Shown here: positions 1 through 13,996 of the stretch, piece by piece | Layout of the letters: every line of letters starts with the position of its first letter | Position numbering within the stretch: the first letter of the stretch is position 1 | Origin: Marsupella aquatica | Lineage: Eukaryota; Plantae; Marchantiophyta | Reading direction: 5' to 3' | Length of the DNA stretch: 64,000 nucleotides | Assembly (NCBI GenBank): GCA_973895155.1 | Contig: OZ316891.1 | Coordinates: 20,348,169 to 20,412,168, forward strand | The notes under the pieces: model-generated | Told to the model about the DNA's origin: nothing | Databases searched by the model: none | The model's input: the letters and a program-made list of their open reading frames with translations, nothing else | Translations under genes and position numbers: made by a program

Positions 1-1963
1 GGAAGGGTACCAACCATCTTCGAAACTCGGAAGATTCATTTAGATATGTTAAATATCATCTGATCTTAGGAGAATTTTTGTAGAACCCCATTTTATCGGG
101 GCACCTACATTAGTTTCTCCCCGGGAGACTCTCATGAGCTTGACTTCGCCAACGAAGATATTAGAGTTTTCCTTACAGTGATCAATCCTGGGTGACTCAA
201 CCATTATTTTCAATCCAATTCAAGGTGACTTACCATTAGAACCCAGCTTCAATATAGGCTCAAACTGCAAGAAGGAATTCAGGGCACTTACCATTAACCC
301 GCTTCAATACAGGTTCAACCGCAAGAAGGTCTCCTGGAGGTGCTTCACTCTAAGTCACCAAGAGTTTCAACCACGACAACTTACACGAGGTGCTTCACCC
401 TAAGTCACCAAGAGTTCCAACCAAAGACAACTTCCCGATCGAGAGAGCTTCCTGATCGAGAGAGCTGCTAGAGAGCCTTTGTTAACTGATCCTAAGTCTC
501 GTGACTTAGCTGGGTGAGGGGTGATTTGATCGAGAGAGCTTCCAGAGCCTTTGTTAACTGATCCTAAGTTTCGTGAGTTAGCTGTGTGAGCGGTAATTTT
601 ACGGTGAATCAATTTTTGGGCCGTCACCTATCTTTCCATCCAGTTCATTTGCGCATTCCTCTAATAGTATTGTCCAAATCATCGTAAATCCTAACAGAAG
701 TATCGTTAATAGCCACACTGGTCAGTCCAATTCGAATCGACCTTCTTCCCTGTGACAGTAGTGTGGACTGTCAGCGTTGGATCGGAATCTGAACCAGATC
801 ATTACAATTATCAAGTTCATTGATTGAAACCAACTCTACTGTAGTGCTGCAGCAGCAGTTGTAAGATTTGTGAAGAAGCAGAGAACTTCCTGTCCTCCGA
901 ACAGAGCGAACTCTCCCCGTTTGGAGGTACAGTCGCGGAATCAGATTTGTGAGGAGCGGAGAAATCACTCTCTTCCAAAGACACAGAAGTCTTCCTGTTT
1001 TAAGGTCCAGTCGCAGCGGAGAAAATCGTGAACAACTCACCGACCTAAACCCTACACATAGTCCCCAGTGCGGACATTAACAAATCAGACTTCAGTTCAG
1101 TCAGCATCAAAGGTCAAGGTCTCCCTTCAATCCACGTCGGAGCGCATGCAATCCACGCTCGTAACGAGCGACAAGATCTAATTTTCGTGGACGATGGAGA
1201 AGCGGAGACCTGTCGTCCGAATAGATTGACAACAGAATCCTTCAAGCTAGCAAGACGGTCCCCAGTGCGACTAATTCAATTCTAGAAAGTACAGTTCTTA
1301 GAGTTGAGAAATTTTCACAATCGTACTGCAAAAGAAAGAAAAGAAAAGAAAGAAGAGCATCCTTCAAGCAAGACTGCTCTTCAAGCAACACAGACATGGT
1401 ACACAGTAGAGATCCTTACGGCACTGTCAACGACTTCGTGTCCATCATGAGAGGTCAACAGCGTCTTCCCTTCCATGTCCAACAGGTCCAACACAGTACG
1501 AAACGAAGTAAGCAACGAAATGAAGAACTGACCCACGAAGGCACGAAGAGAAAATGATTCAAGCGAGAATCACGGGCTGCTTCGCACGATCCTTCGCAGT
1601 TCTTGCCCTCTTCAACACCCCCCTCTCCCCACAACTCTCCCTACTGCATGCTCTCGAGAAGACGGATCTGGCGTGCACTTAACCAGGTCTGGATTCACTG
1701 ATAAGTGCACTTGATTTAGATTCCTTTGTTAGATTTAGAGCCCCTCCCCTCAGTTAGTGAGTAGTCACACCCTCATACTTTTACTTTGTATCCCTGCCCT
1801 GATTTTGAGCCCACCCTCAGTAAGTGCATTCTATACTCTACAAAGAGTGGGCATGCATTTATCCGTAAATGCAATCCCATGATTTTGTGCATCTACCGTC
1901 TACAAAGAATGGGCATGCATTTCTCCGTAAATGCAATTTCATGCTTTTATGCATTTACGGACA
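1..1963. mobile_element. Probable non-coding remnant of an LTR retrotransposon (LTR/UTR-like), truncated by the window edge
   Basis: No credible ORF. Contains several internal tandem duplications (about 229-328, 337-433, 456-585) and the motif GTCCCCAGTGCG twice (1061, 1258). Ends in ...TTTACGGACA (TG start on the minus strand) with a terminal inverted repeat. The class assignment is inference. Confidence 0.35.
337..433. repeat. Tandem duplication of a 50-bp unit
   Basis: GAGGTGCTTCAC(T/C)CTAAGTCACCAAGAGTT... starts at 337 and again at 387. Confidence 0.8.
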
Positions 1964-2059
1964 AGAGCATAGAGACACTCATTGAGGTTAAACACTTTTA
2001 AATTTATCCTTTAGCGCAAAATGAATTTAGCCCTATGTGTGCTTAGAAAAAATCTAGTG

Positions 2060-2490
2060 TACAAATAAAAACAAAAACAGGATGACATGCACTAATTGAG
2101 GGTAAGCGCTTATGGAGTGTGTGCTTAGAGAGTGTGCGCTAGAGAGAGCGGACTGCAGTTGGGCTTCACAACACCAAAGTCTTACAAAGCAACGAAATCA
2201 AAGAGACTTCATGTATCACATAATAAAAATAAAAACAGGATAACCTGGACCAATATGAGGGTAAGTGCTTATGGAGTGTACCCTTAGAGAGAGCGCAGTT
2301 GTTGGGCTTAGCAATGCCAACGTCTTACAAAGCAATGAAACAAAGCTACCTTATGTATCACAAAAAAAAAAACACGACAACTTGCACTAATCGAGGGTAA
2401 GCGTTTCTGGAGTGTGCACTTAGAGAGAGCGGACTACAGTTGGGCTTGGCAACGCCGATGTCTTACAAAGCAACGAAACACAGCGTATCA
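2060..2490. repeat. Degenerate tandem repeat, 3 copies of about 150 bp
   Basis: GAGGGTAAG.GC/TT..TGGAGTGT...CTTAGAGAG...GTTGGGCTT...GTCTTACAAAGCAA.GAAA recurs near 2098, 2257 and 2393. Confidence 0.8.
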
Positions 2491-3920
2491 CAGTCATAGA
2501 GAGAAACACTACTCTAGATTCTGAAAAATGGTATCCTACTGGTGATAATAGGCACGTGCGTAATTGTCTCCAGGGGAACTAGTCTGTGATGCGCAAAATG
2601 TCAGCGTTTGTCAGTCTGCCTCTGATGGGGACGCCTGTTATTCTTGTCCGGTTCTTCTAAATGAAGTGTTCCATTTCTGACATCCCTGGGGATACCGTAC
2701 TACCGTACTACCAGTACGACATTACGCCATGGTACTTTCGGGCCGTACTTTTCATTCTCCGCCCGTGTTCTGCGGAGGGCTGCCACGTGGATCTCCGAGT
2801 TTCGCGGGCTCGCCGTCGCGCAGGCACATGAATGTTGTTTCCCTTTGGGAGATAACAGTGAGCTAACTCCCCTAGGGTATAATAACGCTGCGAGGTGAGT
2901 TAGCGCGCCCCGATGCCCACCTTTCGCTCGTGGTACCTTTTTTTCTTCTTTTCTTTTTGGGCTTGGAATGGGAGTTATTTGTTTGATGGACCCCAACCAC
3001 ACTTTTCTCCGCAGCGTACCCACAATTTAATCTTTATCAAGGTTTATTAATGATCGGGATCAACTCAAGGGTCCCATCTACTAGCACTTTTCATTTTGGG
3101 GGGTCCATTTTTGGGGTCCAGTTTGGGGGGACAGGATAATTTCTTTGGGACCTTTTGGGACGTTTTGCCCAACTTTTTGCTTGTGGAATTTATGATTCAT
3201 TCTTCTATTTTCTTGGCCTTAGAATAGAGAATAAATTCTTCCATCTTGGACAGGAGAACATTTTTTTGGTTTTTTTGTGTGTTTTTATGGCCTGCTTTAC
3301 ATAAGGGCAGTCGTCCATGTAGACAACCCTTTCTTTGGTGGCCATCAGTTCTCCCAAACCATCCCTGTGAGGGATGCACAACAGCAATTGATGTTGTTGC
3401 TGAATGACACTGGACCCTTGCTGTGGTCAATCTTTTATACATTCACAGGTTGGAATCTCAGGAGCCAAAAAGTTTTTGGCCTTTGCTCTTGGACATCCAC
3501 TTCATCTGCCGTCATGCCTGCCTCAGAAGGTGGTTCATGCTTGAAATTCTCAGTCTATAATGTGATGTCAGGATTTAAGTGTAGGGCTGCAAATAAGGGG
3601 TGTTTTTTTTAATCTTCCTAGGGTTCTTATTCACGACTACATTTTAGTTTCAATATAGTGCATTCAATTCTTTAGCATATTTGATGGAATTTCTACCAAT
3701 TCTAGTGAATGAGAGAAAGAATTCATACTTAGGGCTGTGGACTTCTCCTGCTTTAAGTACTGCTAAAACCTTTATTTGCTAATAATATGGTGTTTATTGT
3801 CATTACCTAAGGCAAGGGATTATGTTTGTACCTTATTTGCAATTTTCGACTGATTTGAGTGTCATTCAAGAAAGTGAAAATCTGTACTTTATGGGCACTA
3901 TTTTTGAATACCTGTGCACT

Positions 3921-4190
3921 TGTACTTTTATTTGGCATGTGTTGTACTTTTTTCACTTCATCCTATTAAATACTATATAACAATCATTTACACATCATTG
4001 CAAAACAAGAAATGAAACATGTGTTAGGATGAACATGTTATACTTTTTCTGGTCATTATATAACATGTACTTTTATTTGGCATGTGTTATATTTTTTACA
4101 CTCAATCCTGTCAAATATTATGGAAGAGTCATTTACACATCACTACAAGACAAAAAATGAAGCATGTTCCATAATGAACATGCTATAATC
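3921..4190. repeat. AT-rich direct duplication, about 145 bp
   Basis: TGTACTTTTATTTGGCATGTGTT...TCATTTACACATCA...AATGAA.CATGT at about 3921 and about 4066. Confidence 0.7.
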
Positions 4191-7100
4191 TAAATCTGTA
4201 ACTTTTCTGAATTGTTTAATAGCCCATTTACTACAAGCAGGTGGGAGAAAACTCCAATAGAGTAACAGAACTACCTTTTCAAACCAAGATGACGCCACTG
4301 GCCTGAAAGGGAGAAATTTGAGAAAAACAATTCATCTGAAGTGGTGGATTTCTTGCCTCTGCCCAGCCTCTGCCCAGCCAGACAATTCCTCAGGAGGAGC
4401 ATGATTGAACACTATCATCTTGCTTTCCTTCCAAGACACCCTTATAGTCCAATGAAATGCATTGGCAATAGCACCTTGGAATTCCTATGCAAATATTGAT
4501 TTGGGATTGGAGAGACAAGGCAGTGCTTTTTGTGTGATTTGATAGGTGATTTTCTCTTGGATATCTTGGATCTGTGGCAAGCAAAATCAAATTTGAAATA
4601 AAATGCTGCTCAAAAATATTTGAAAGTTTTAGCCGACATGCAGATGAAGAGGGATAGAAGCGGGGCTCTTTCATTCTCTTGGACCACAGATCAGCCAATA
4701 TCACTACTTTTCAATCTTAATAGATAGGGGTCCACGAACTAATTTGCTTCACAACACTTCCAATGGTGAATAGAGTGTATGATTTTAAGCCTCTGTTTGA
4801 CTGATTTGTGTGAGAGTACAAGTGAACTATTCCACTCATCATCCTCAAATGATACAGAATTAGATAAAACTTTCAAGGAGATGAGGCAGGCACACTAATT
4901 TGGGGATAAAGGGGAGTGATATAACTTTATGACAAGCTCTCACACATGCATGATTATAGGTGCACTAGCCCAATGCCTGCGAGTTGCAAAGTAATGTCCA
5001 TAGTAAGTGATGCTGTCTGAGAAGTATTGTTGAACATAGTGAGGGTGGCCAGGAGAGAGATATGCTTAGTAGACCCCCTTCTGGAAAAATTTTGCTTAAT
5101 CAACCCCCTCCATATTTTCCCCCAATCTGGACCGTTGATGGACCTTTCAATCTCAGATCTGGACCGTTGATAGATCTCAGGGGGTCGATCAAGTAGCAAG
5201 TTTTATTTTGGGGGTCGATCAAGCAAATACCTCGTGGCCAGGATGTCAAACACTGTTGGGAGTCAGGGAGTAAGCCTGGCTACTGCATCAAGGTGTTATT
5301 CCTTAGTCTCAGAATTTTCTTCCGTTTATAACACATTTCTCATTGTTCATTGTAACACAATTAAAAGATACCAAATTCAAGAAGAGAACCAAAATTACTG
5401 GCACACTGTCTTTTATGAAACATTTGTTCTCGCAAACCCTGAAAAAGATTCTGCTGCTCTTGACAATTATTTACAACTAGAAATAGCCAAAGACCAACAG
5501 TTCCTTAGAAAATTTGTTACAAAATTACGTTTGCTATATGATTGGACTAGTTTGAAGGTGGGTCTGGTACAACGGCTTCTGAGCATCGGGCTCAAAGTGC
5601 AAGCAAGAGAGTTAAAGTTGAGAGCTGGGATGTTTTAAGTGCAGCAGTTGGGTGGCAAGTAGGCATGCCAGCCAAGTCAATGGTTGGTGAGGGCAACAAC
5701 TTACTATCCAGATGAGGCATGTGCTGAGTGTAGTTGGGAATGAGAGTCGTCGTGGAGGGAGACTGGATAAGGCACTGTTCAGGAGATAGCCGACAAGGGG
5801 AGACCACAAAATAACAAGTTAGTGATCACCTAAGCCAGGGGGAGATGAGGACTTGGGAGTCAACTACAAAAGCACGTTGGATCCATGTATAAGGTACTCA
5901 TTTCCATATAGTCTGAACTAAAGTTTAATAAAGGGTTTACAGAATAGATGTAAAGAATGTTTTTATTCCATGTATTATATAGTATAAAATATGCCATTTA
6001 ACATTCATGACACAAATATTTGTCTAGTATCCTGTTTTATTAAAAAATGGTGTTTTATTTAGACCAAGATGGCATGTGGTAGAAAGAGACACTAAATTAA
6101 TCCCCCACATCACATGAGAGGGGCAGGAAATGATCAGTTAGGCGCCGGGAAAGGAGAAGTGAAGTGGGCCAAGAAGGCTTGGTCAGCCAAGCTTTCACCA
6201 TATTGATAATTATTTTCACTGCATTCAGATTAAAAACCATGCTCATTTTGAGAGGTCAACACAGTTTTAAGTTAGAATGCTCTTTTATTCTTCTTGCCAA
6301 AAACCCAATGGTGCAAGCCATGGAGACGGCAAGGAACATCCACCATAATCATCCAGGCAGCTCAAGCATACATTCCTCGTCTCCCATGACTGCAAAGCAA
6401 ACAAAGACTCAACTACAAACCAAAACAATGGAACCAAAACGTGCCTAAACATGACATGCAACACACCAAGATTGTGCAGCGAGTCAATGGGCTGAACAAA
6501 GTAGTTTTGTTTGTACTTACATAACTGAAAATAAATCAATCTGCAATTACCTTTGTCCCGGGTCATATTTTGGGTCAAATCCGCATACATCCAAAACTTT
6601 GGAACTTGGATAGGCTACCAAAATGAGCTTCCTATGAAAGCTTACAAAATTTATATTAATGTCATCCTAGTTAGAATGTGAGCTTAAAAATATCCCATGT
6701 GAGTTTAAAAATATTATCTCCCTAATAAAGAAAAGAAAATTTACACAGAAAGGGCCAAACAAAGTACAATGGGGAGCAAGAAAAACAAGTCCATAGTGGA
6801 CAAACACAAAAGAAGCAAGTGCAACCCTGATGAAAAAAAGGGGGTAAAGACGGCATCCAAGCTTGTAACTTGGAATTCCGAAATGCTCCCGTGATTAAAA
6901 GTGCCATGTGTGAGAATCCAGTCTCTTTGTATTTGAGTTTGTTATTTTCTTAATAGTATCTGCAAATGTAGTGACTGCTTTAATGCAATTAAACAAAAAG
7001 TAAAAAAAACATTCTACCTGTAAACGCTTAACTACGCATGTCTGGTGATTCTTTCTTGACAACAAGTGGCATGAGATGACAAGCAACACTAAAGATTTGC

Positions 7101-10100
7101 ATGAAACCTTTTTGGCATCCATAAACATGTTTTTCATGACAAGCACCAACACGTATGAAAGTCATGAGATTACAGGAATTTTCTTTTGTGGACCTGACAA
7201 GGACAAGTACTAGTGCGTGTATCTGAAGGAAAGCACAAAGTGGGGCTCTCTTTGCTACGAAAACAAATCTATTTCTTCCTCAAGAATCCCTTATATTTTC
7301 GCCTCAAAGCAACCCCCTCCTGTTCTTGAGGAACAACATTATTGTATTAGTTTTATAGTGGTCTATTAACGAGAATTCGTTTATGCTCCGTTTCTTTCCT
7401 CGGAAATTTTGTGACGTGTCTTGGGCGGGGTTTTCCTTCATTTAGAATAAAAATTGGCGGCTGCTTTTCTCTTCTATTGATACAGCTAAGAAATAAATCA
7501 TCTGTTGTTCACAGGAAGATGAGATATCCTTTTAATTATGTCGGTCCCACCGAGCTCATGGAAGACCCAATCATAGGATACCGATGGTAACGGTCAGGTC
7601 CCAATGATTCCAGCCCCTGATCAGGTGCTGATAAGAGTGGCATCCAAAAATTATTTTTTCTTTCAATTAATATCCCCAGAAAATATTTGTCTTGCTTTTG
7701 CTTTTCAATCTTTAAAATGATATACACTGGGCAGTCAGTGTGTACATGATTTTTTTTCATACTCTTAAAATTTGCATCAAGGATTTGAAGCACTAAGTCT
7801 ATATAACACTGTCACGGAACACAAAGCAACATCAGGGGAGACATGATTCCAATGGCAAGGAACAATTAAAAGGGCAAAACCAAAGGAAAAACCCAGTAAC
7901 ACAAAAGAACTCCAAAGCCCTACTGAGCAACAAACTTTCAAAGTAGACCCCACATGAAGGTCAAGAAGAGAAATTTGACTAGACGTCATAAAATCACTCT
8001 AATATGTCTCTTCTAGTGAGGTCCATATTTTTAATAATATTTCTGCTAACAGGGATAACACTACTATATACACTTGTGTAGGCGACCGTCTCAGCAACAA
8101 CAACTCAAGAACAAACAGAAACCCATAGCATAAGACCTCACTGAACCACAGGGCAAACACCCGGGGCACATGGTCGCCCGGTGGAAGGGCCACCCGGAGT
8201 TTTCCCCACGCGCAGGCTTTTGGAAGCCGCCAAAACAACCAATGGCAGTAACGTTAAACCCTTAAACCCTGGAGCGTGTGTTGGGCCGTGGTGCCAAACA
8301 CGGTCGGGACTGGGTTGATGATGGAGCTCCACAGTTTACTACGTAATCCCCGTCACTCCGCGGTTGAGCTCCGACTCTCCGAGCCTTACTATGTAATCCC
8401 CATCATTACAGAGCCTGCCATCATTACAGAGGTGCCAATTCTGAATTAAATTATCTCTCTATGTTGCACATTAAACGACAACATTGTTCATTTGTTCTGC
8501 CTTTTTGGCGCTTTTTCACTCCGAAAGGCCTCACGATGATACGTGTCGCTCTACAGTGCGCCGCGCCGCCATGCCGCACCAGAGTTTCACCTGACAATGT
8601 TCGCTTTTTTCTCATGGGTCCTCATTATTATTATTGTTATTATTGTCTTTATTGTCCATTATTATGTCCGAGTGAAACTCTACGTCTCTACGAAACTGAA
8701 GGCCTCACGTACCGTCTAGAATCTAGAAGTTTGAGAAAGTGCCAGGATGGTCCCTAGAAATATCGTTCACTTAAATTTTTCTTTGGAATGTCATTTTTGG
8801 AATGTCATTTATGACATTCATACAGTACGTTGTTCGAATCACAAAAATATCCTTTTGTTCGAATCACAAAAATATGTCTATCTCCACTTTTGGGTGGATA
8901 TTGGTGTAAAAATTTCCAATCACAAAAACATGTTTGATCTTCACTTTTGTGTATTGGTGTAAAACTTTTCGGCCCACAACATATTTTGGACCCACGACTT
9001 TAACCTTGTGGGCTCAGCTTGACTACTTTTATGCCCTAAATCTGCTCCTGTAAAATAAGGATACATTTTTGGTATTTATTTTAATAATAAATAATAAATT
9101 TCCAATCCTGGCAGCATTTGGCGGGCACTGGATATGAAGAATTATTAATGATTTCCAAGGATCCTCCTATGTTATTGACGGCTTGGATAAATTTCCAAGT
9201 CATTCTAATAACTGTTCTACAAGAGACTAGGAATAACACTCCAATGCCAAGGAATTGGTCAGGTGTTGCTAGCCTCCTAATTGCAACTGCAACTTCGCTC
9301 TCCACACTGAGCTTTCACTTAGGCAACCAGCAGAATTTCAGAGGAATATTGGTCACCATATCGTCATGCACCACTGCACAAATTGCATAAACAGAAGTCA
9401 GGCCACCTCTGAAGAAATCCTTGAATCTCTTTAGGATACTCAGATGGTACCCAATCAATGGGCAAATAGAACCATTGGACTTTTCTAGATTTGATACACC
9501 AAGTAGCTCCTGAGTATCTGCAAATACTATCAAGTTTGTTTCCGTTGCTCTTCACTATGAGGTCTCCTTTCTCTTGATTGTGAATTGAAAAGTCATGGAA
9601 GCACATTGAAACTGCATTTTCACATGATTGGAAGATTTGGAGCTTCCTGTTCATCATCATTGGACAGAATCAAGAAGGACTAATATCCATGGTGTACAAG
9701 AATCAACAGTGCAAAGACTGAATCCAATTGCTCAGGATCCATTCTCCTTATAGAAAGCCAATCTGCCATCCACCACAAAGCAAAACTCAGAACCAAACTC
9801 CAACAATATCTATTGAGAGAGAGTTGCGAATTTAATTTTGATTAGAGTCTTTAAGAGAGTCAAGAGTGTTGCTGAGGGTTCACTCAAGACTGTTCCTGCA
9901 GAATTTTGAACATTATTCATTTAGACATTTTGCAGAGTTTGTCATTTATCAGACATTTGTTTAGATGATTGTTTTGTAGAGTTCCTATCCTAATTCACAA
10001 CTTCTTCAATGAGAATATGTTTTTCATTATTTATATGAAGAAATATTTTTAAGTTAATGCTAGTAAGGACAATAGAATTGGAGATCAAGAATCTAATAGA

Positions 10101-13100
10101 CCAAACATTGTTTAACATCCAAATGGTGAATATTTATACACGGTGGGTGATAGTTGCATAATACTCCAAAGTATCCATTATACTCCACATTAAAAACTTG
10201 CACCAGATACTTTTAGACTTCAAAAGCCTTTAAGCAAATATTTCAATAACAATGACATGGTAATGGAAACTTCATTCAAAGATCATTTTGGGATCCAATT
10301 TGATTTTAATAAGGAGATTATTAAAAATGTCATATGGGATTCCAAAATTATTAGGAAATCTGAACCAAAGACAATAACTGAGCGCAGAGCAGACTGGATA
10401 CGATTTTACAAACACCATGCGGGTTTGGCGGGCCCTTAAATTGCCCCAATGTTCTGTTGCGGTGACAATAACTTTCATGCATTGTATAACTTTGGATGTC
10501 ACTTAAGACTAAGCTTCATGATAGTAATTTTACCTCACCTAATGTATTGAATGATTACAATGATGTCTATGCGCCCATCTATGCTTCATAGTAACATTGA
10601 ATAGACCGATTCAAGTTTGACCTCGTGCCATTTGACAATGCCAATCCTATCGATTTGCTAGAAATCCTAATCTTTGATTGATAAAGCTCTTAGTAAAATG
10701 TGAAGACTTTTCTTGAATGATTGAATTAATAGAGAGTAATAGGTGAGGTAGGCAAGGAGGCCTCGTTTGTGTGCATTGTCTTGGTTTTAGATGTTTTAGG
10801 CTTGTTGCCTTTTAGCATATTTTAGCCAAATGTTGGGCTTTTTGTATTTTCCTTGGCCTGGCCTAAGATTTATGTACGGCAGGAATTTTCAATGGATACC
10901 CCTATGTGTTGAGAAAATAGAGACATGAAGATTGTTCATTGTATGAGTTACAAATCAACTGAATAGTCAACCAGTGAGGGCATCTCATCAACCTCACGCA
11001 AAGTATAATTTACTAGAGGAATCGATCCAACCCACTCATTGTTATGTAATTGTGTATCTCTAATATGAATCTATTCAAGCAAATCCAAGACACTTCAAAG
11101 TGTTGACAAGTTCTTGGTCAAACATGCAAATTTTTGGACATATGTTATATTTTGCTAGCATGAGTTATACATGCACACTGCATAATTACGTATAAACTTG
11201 ATCCAAACATTAGATTAATCACCTGAGTGGGGCCTGTGCTGGTTGAAGTCAAGTGGCCAAGGTGACTCTATCCGAGTATCTCCAAGGCAGGATAGGTTAA
11301 ACAACTAAGATGGGTTTATCTAGTAGGACAAAACAAAAGAATGTCCCCAAGTTTTGTGAATAAATGACAAGAGACACAGTTTCCACATTGAGGACTTTGG
11401 ACTCTCATCAGATGATGAATCCCTCTGATTTTGTTGAATTAGTCGGAAAAAATTACACAAGGTCAACCCCTTTGGGGGGTGATCAACTACAAAACCATGA
11501 AAATCACGTGCGATCCAAAATAAATATATTCATAATATGTTTAGCCAAATTTTTCCAAAGTTTAAGAAATAACATATAGTGCATTCAAACACAAAAATAA
11601 CGGATATTTCTTGTTGGATAATTTTATAAAATATGATGATCACTTAAAAAAACAAGGGTATGTTAATCAAGCTAGGATAGCCTGCCCTATCCTAAAAAGT
11701 AGACTATGTTAACCCTATGAGGCTCAATTTAAACCCCTTAACCAAAACCTATAGCCAATCAAAGTTTTAGGTAACATATTTCAATAAATTAAAATTTGCT
11801 CTACTCCTATTAAGATAGATATTTTTTGAAAATAAAATCTCTCATAGATTATATGTGATTAAATTCTCAAAAGCTAAAATGTCCACATCTTCTTTTCAAA
11901 TATAATGTTTGATTTAGATAAAGTGTTTCCTTACAACAAATAGACACACTTTGGGGTGACTCCCAGGCTATATATTATTAGTGACCCCCTATTCGTCAAA
12001 CGCTTAGTCCATCCGGGGGGTCCCCTTTTTCTCTCTGCACACTAAGTAAGAAACGCTAGGACTACTTCTACTACTAGTGTTCATTTCTTACTTTTAGTTA
12101 CTCTTTCTTGGTGTTTAGAGGTTCACTTTTTGCTCACTTCTTTCACGTTTGCTTTTGTCTACTTGGACCCTCTTTTGTTTGTTCTTTTGTACTCTCTTTG
12201 GTCCCTTTTCTGTAAAATGTGTGTATATATTTCTACTACTAGTCTAAAACCTTGATCCCTTCCTGGACTTTTGGCTGAGTTGGCCCTCTCATTTGCGCTA
12301 GTGTGTCTCCTTTGTTTCTTGGTGGACTTCTTCCTGTTGCCTTTCACTGTGTCACCTTTTTTTTTGCCCTTGCTCCCTTGACTTGCTGGGTTGCTTTTGG
12401 TCCTTGGCCCGGTTTTTGGGTCTGGCCATTTTACTCCATGGGGTTTATTTTCTCTCAAGTAAAGTGCTCCTTTCACGAAGAAGACAAAAACCCCAAATCC
12501 CAAATCACTAACCCGTCTCCGTAACCGGGGTCTGTTTGGTCCCACGGGGGGGTGGGAGGTGGGGGGCGGTCGACTTGTTCCGACGGGAGAAGCGACGCCA
12601 GTCCCCCGCGAGACTGGTTGCGACGGGAAAAGAGAAAGAAGAGAAGAGAAGAGAAGAAGACGGGAGCGACGGGAGCGACGGGAGGCGCGAGGGAAGGGGT
12701 CGCAGAAGCTACGCGTCAGCGAGAAGGAGAGGGCCGGGGACCAGAGTCAGGGGACGGGGACGGGGAGCGAAGGAACGAGCGAAAGGGGCAGGCGTGTGAC
12801 GAGAGGAACGAAACACAGGTTTCGCTGTACGCGTCGAAAGAGAGAACATGAGGTTAGTTAGTAGAGAGTTCGAAACGCACATGGCGAAATTGAACAAAGC
12901 GGAGTTCGCTTCATCTCCGCGTCTTGGGCTGCTGCACAAAAGCGAGGTCGCGGCCATGACAACATTCACTCGACCGATCCAAGAGAAATCCGATCTCCAT
13001 GATTTGACATTCTCACTGCCTATCCCTCCCCATCGCTCTGTGAGTCCGAGGAAGAAGGAAGAAGAACTGTTCGGAGAACAAAAGCTTTCTCCATCTGCCT

Positions 13101-13996
13101 TGGCGCGAAGAAGAAGAAGAAGAAGATCAAGGAGAGATCTCTTGGGTTCTTCCTTCGCCTCTATCTTTGGCGAGTGTTGGCCCAGCCGCACTCACTGTAG
13201 AAGATCCGTCGCGAGATTTGCACCTTTCTGTGCTGACTTTGGATTCCCTTTTCTAACGTCGACAAGAGCACAGCCGACGAAAGACTCTTTTTCTCTCTCT
13301 CTCTCTCGCTCTCTCTTTCTCTCTTGGAGCCAGGTTGATTCCTTGGATGATCGATCAGTCTGCGCTGACTAGATTTGAACAAAGTTTGAAAATTCGGGTC
13401 GATTTTTGAAGATTCTTCCGAATTCCAGTCAGTAAGTGCGACTCGAGTGTGAGAAGCTTGCGCACTGTGCTGCGCTCTCCTGGATTCCCTCCATCTCTTG
13501 GAGGAAATTGAACAAGTCCTGTCTGCGAATTTGCGGAGTTCAGACGAGCTTCAGTTTGCAAACTTTTGGAGATAAGATTGTGTTGAAGATCGGAGAACCA
13601 ATTCTGTCGTAGATTCCAATCCCGACAAGCAGTAAGTCGCTCGATAACTCGGAAGCAAGCCGTTTAATCGTAGGAAGAACTCAGTTAGTCGCGAGAGATC
13701 AGTGCCTCGTGATTTCAAAATCTTCCCGGTGCTCATAAATTCAGCTGTGAATGAAAGCCAGGCAGGCGGCGTCCGTGGACGTCCGTCGTTGGTACCTCCC
13801 ACTCGCACGGGCACCATCGAAGGCTCGACTCAAAGATAGCAGCAGGAGGCCGTGAACAGACTGATATACATTGCAGCGGATTTTAATTTTCAAGTGAATT
13901 GGTCTCGTCCACGATTCATTGTTCGCACGCCACGCAGCTACCCGAAGCTCGGTGAAGCAGTTCAAAGATCTGGATAAGAGTCGGACATCATCTTCT

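Noticed and set aside
1061-1270. GTCCCCAGTGCG twice, as a Tat/Ogre-type tRNA-Arg PBS
   Set aside because: It lacks the terminal CCA complement and an adjacent LTR end.
13015-13035. CTATCCCTCC, a partial match to a miR390/TAS3 target site
   Set aside because: The seed-pairing part (TGAGCT) is absent and there is no second site.
12536-13382. Cluster of overlapping 70-174 aa ORFs
   Set aside because: These arise from GA/CT-rich low-complexity promoter and leader sequence, with no recognisable domain.
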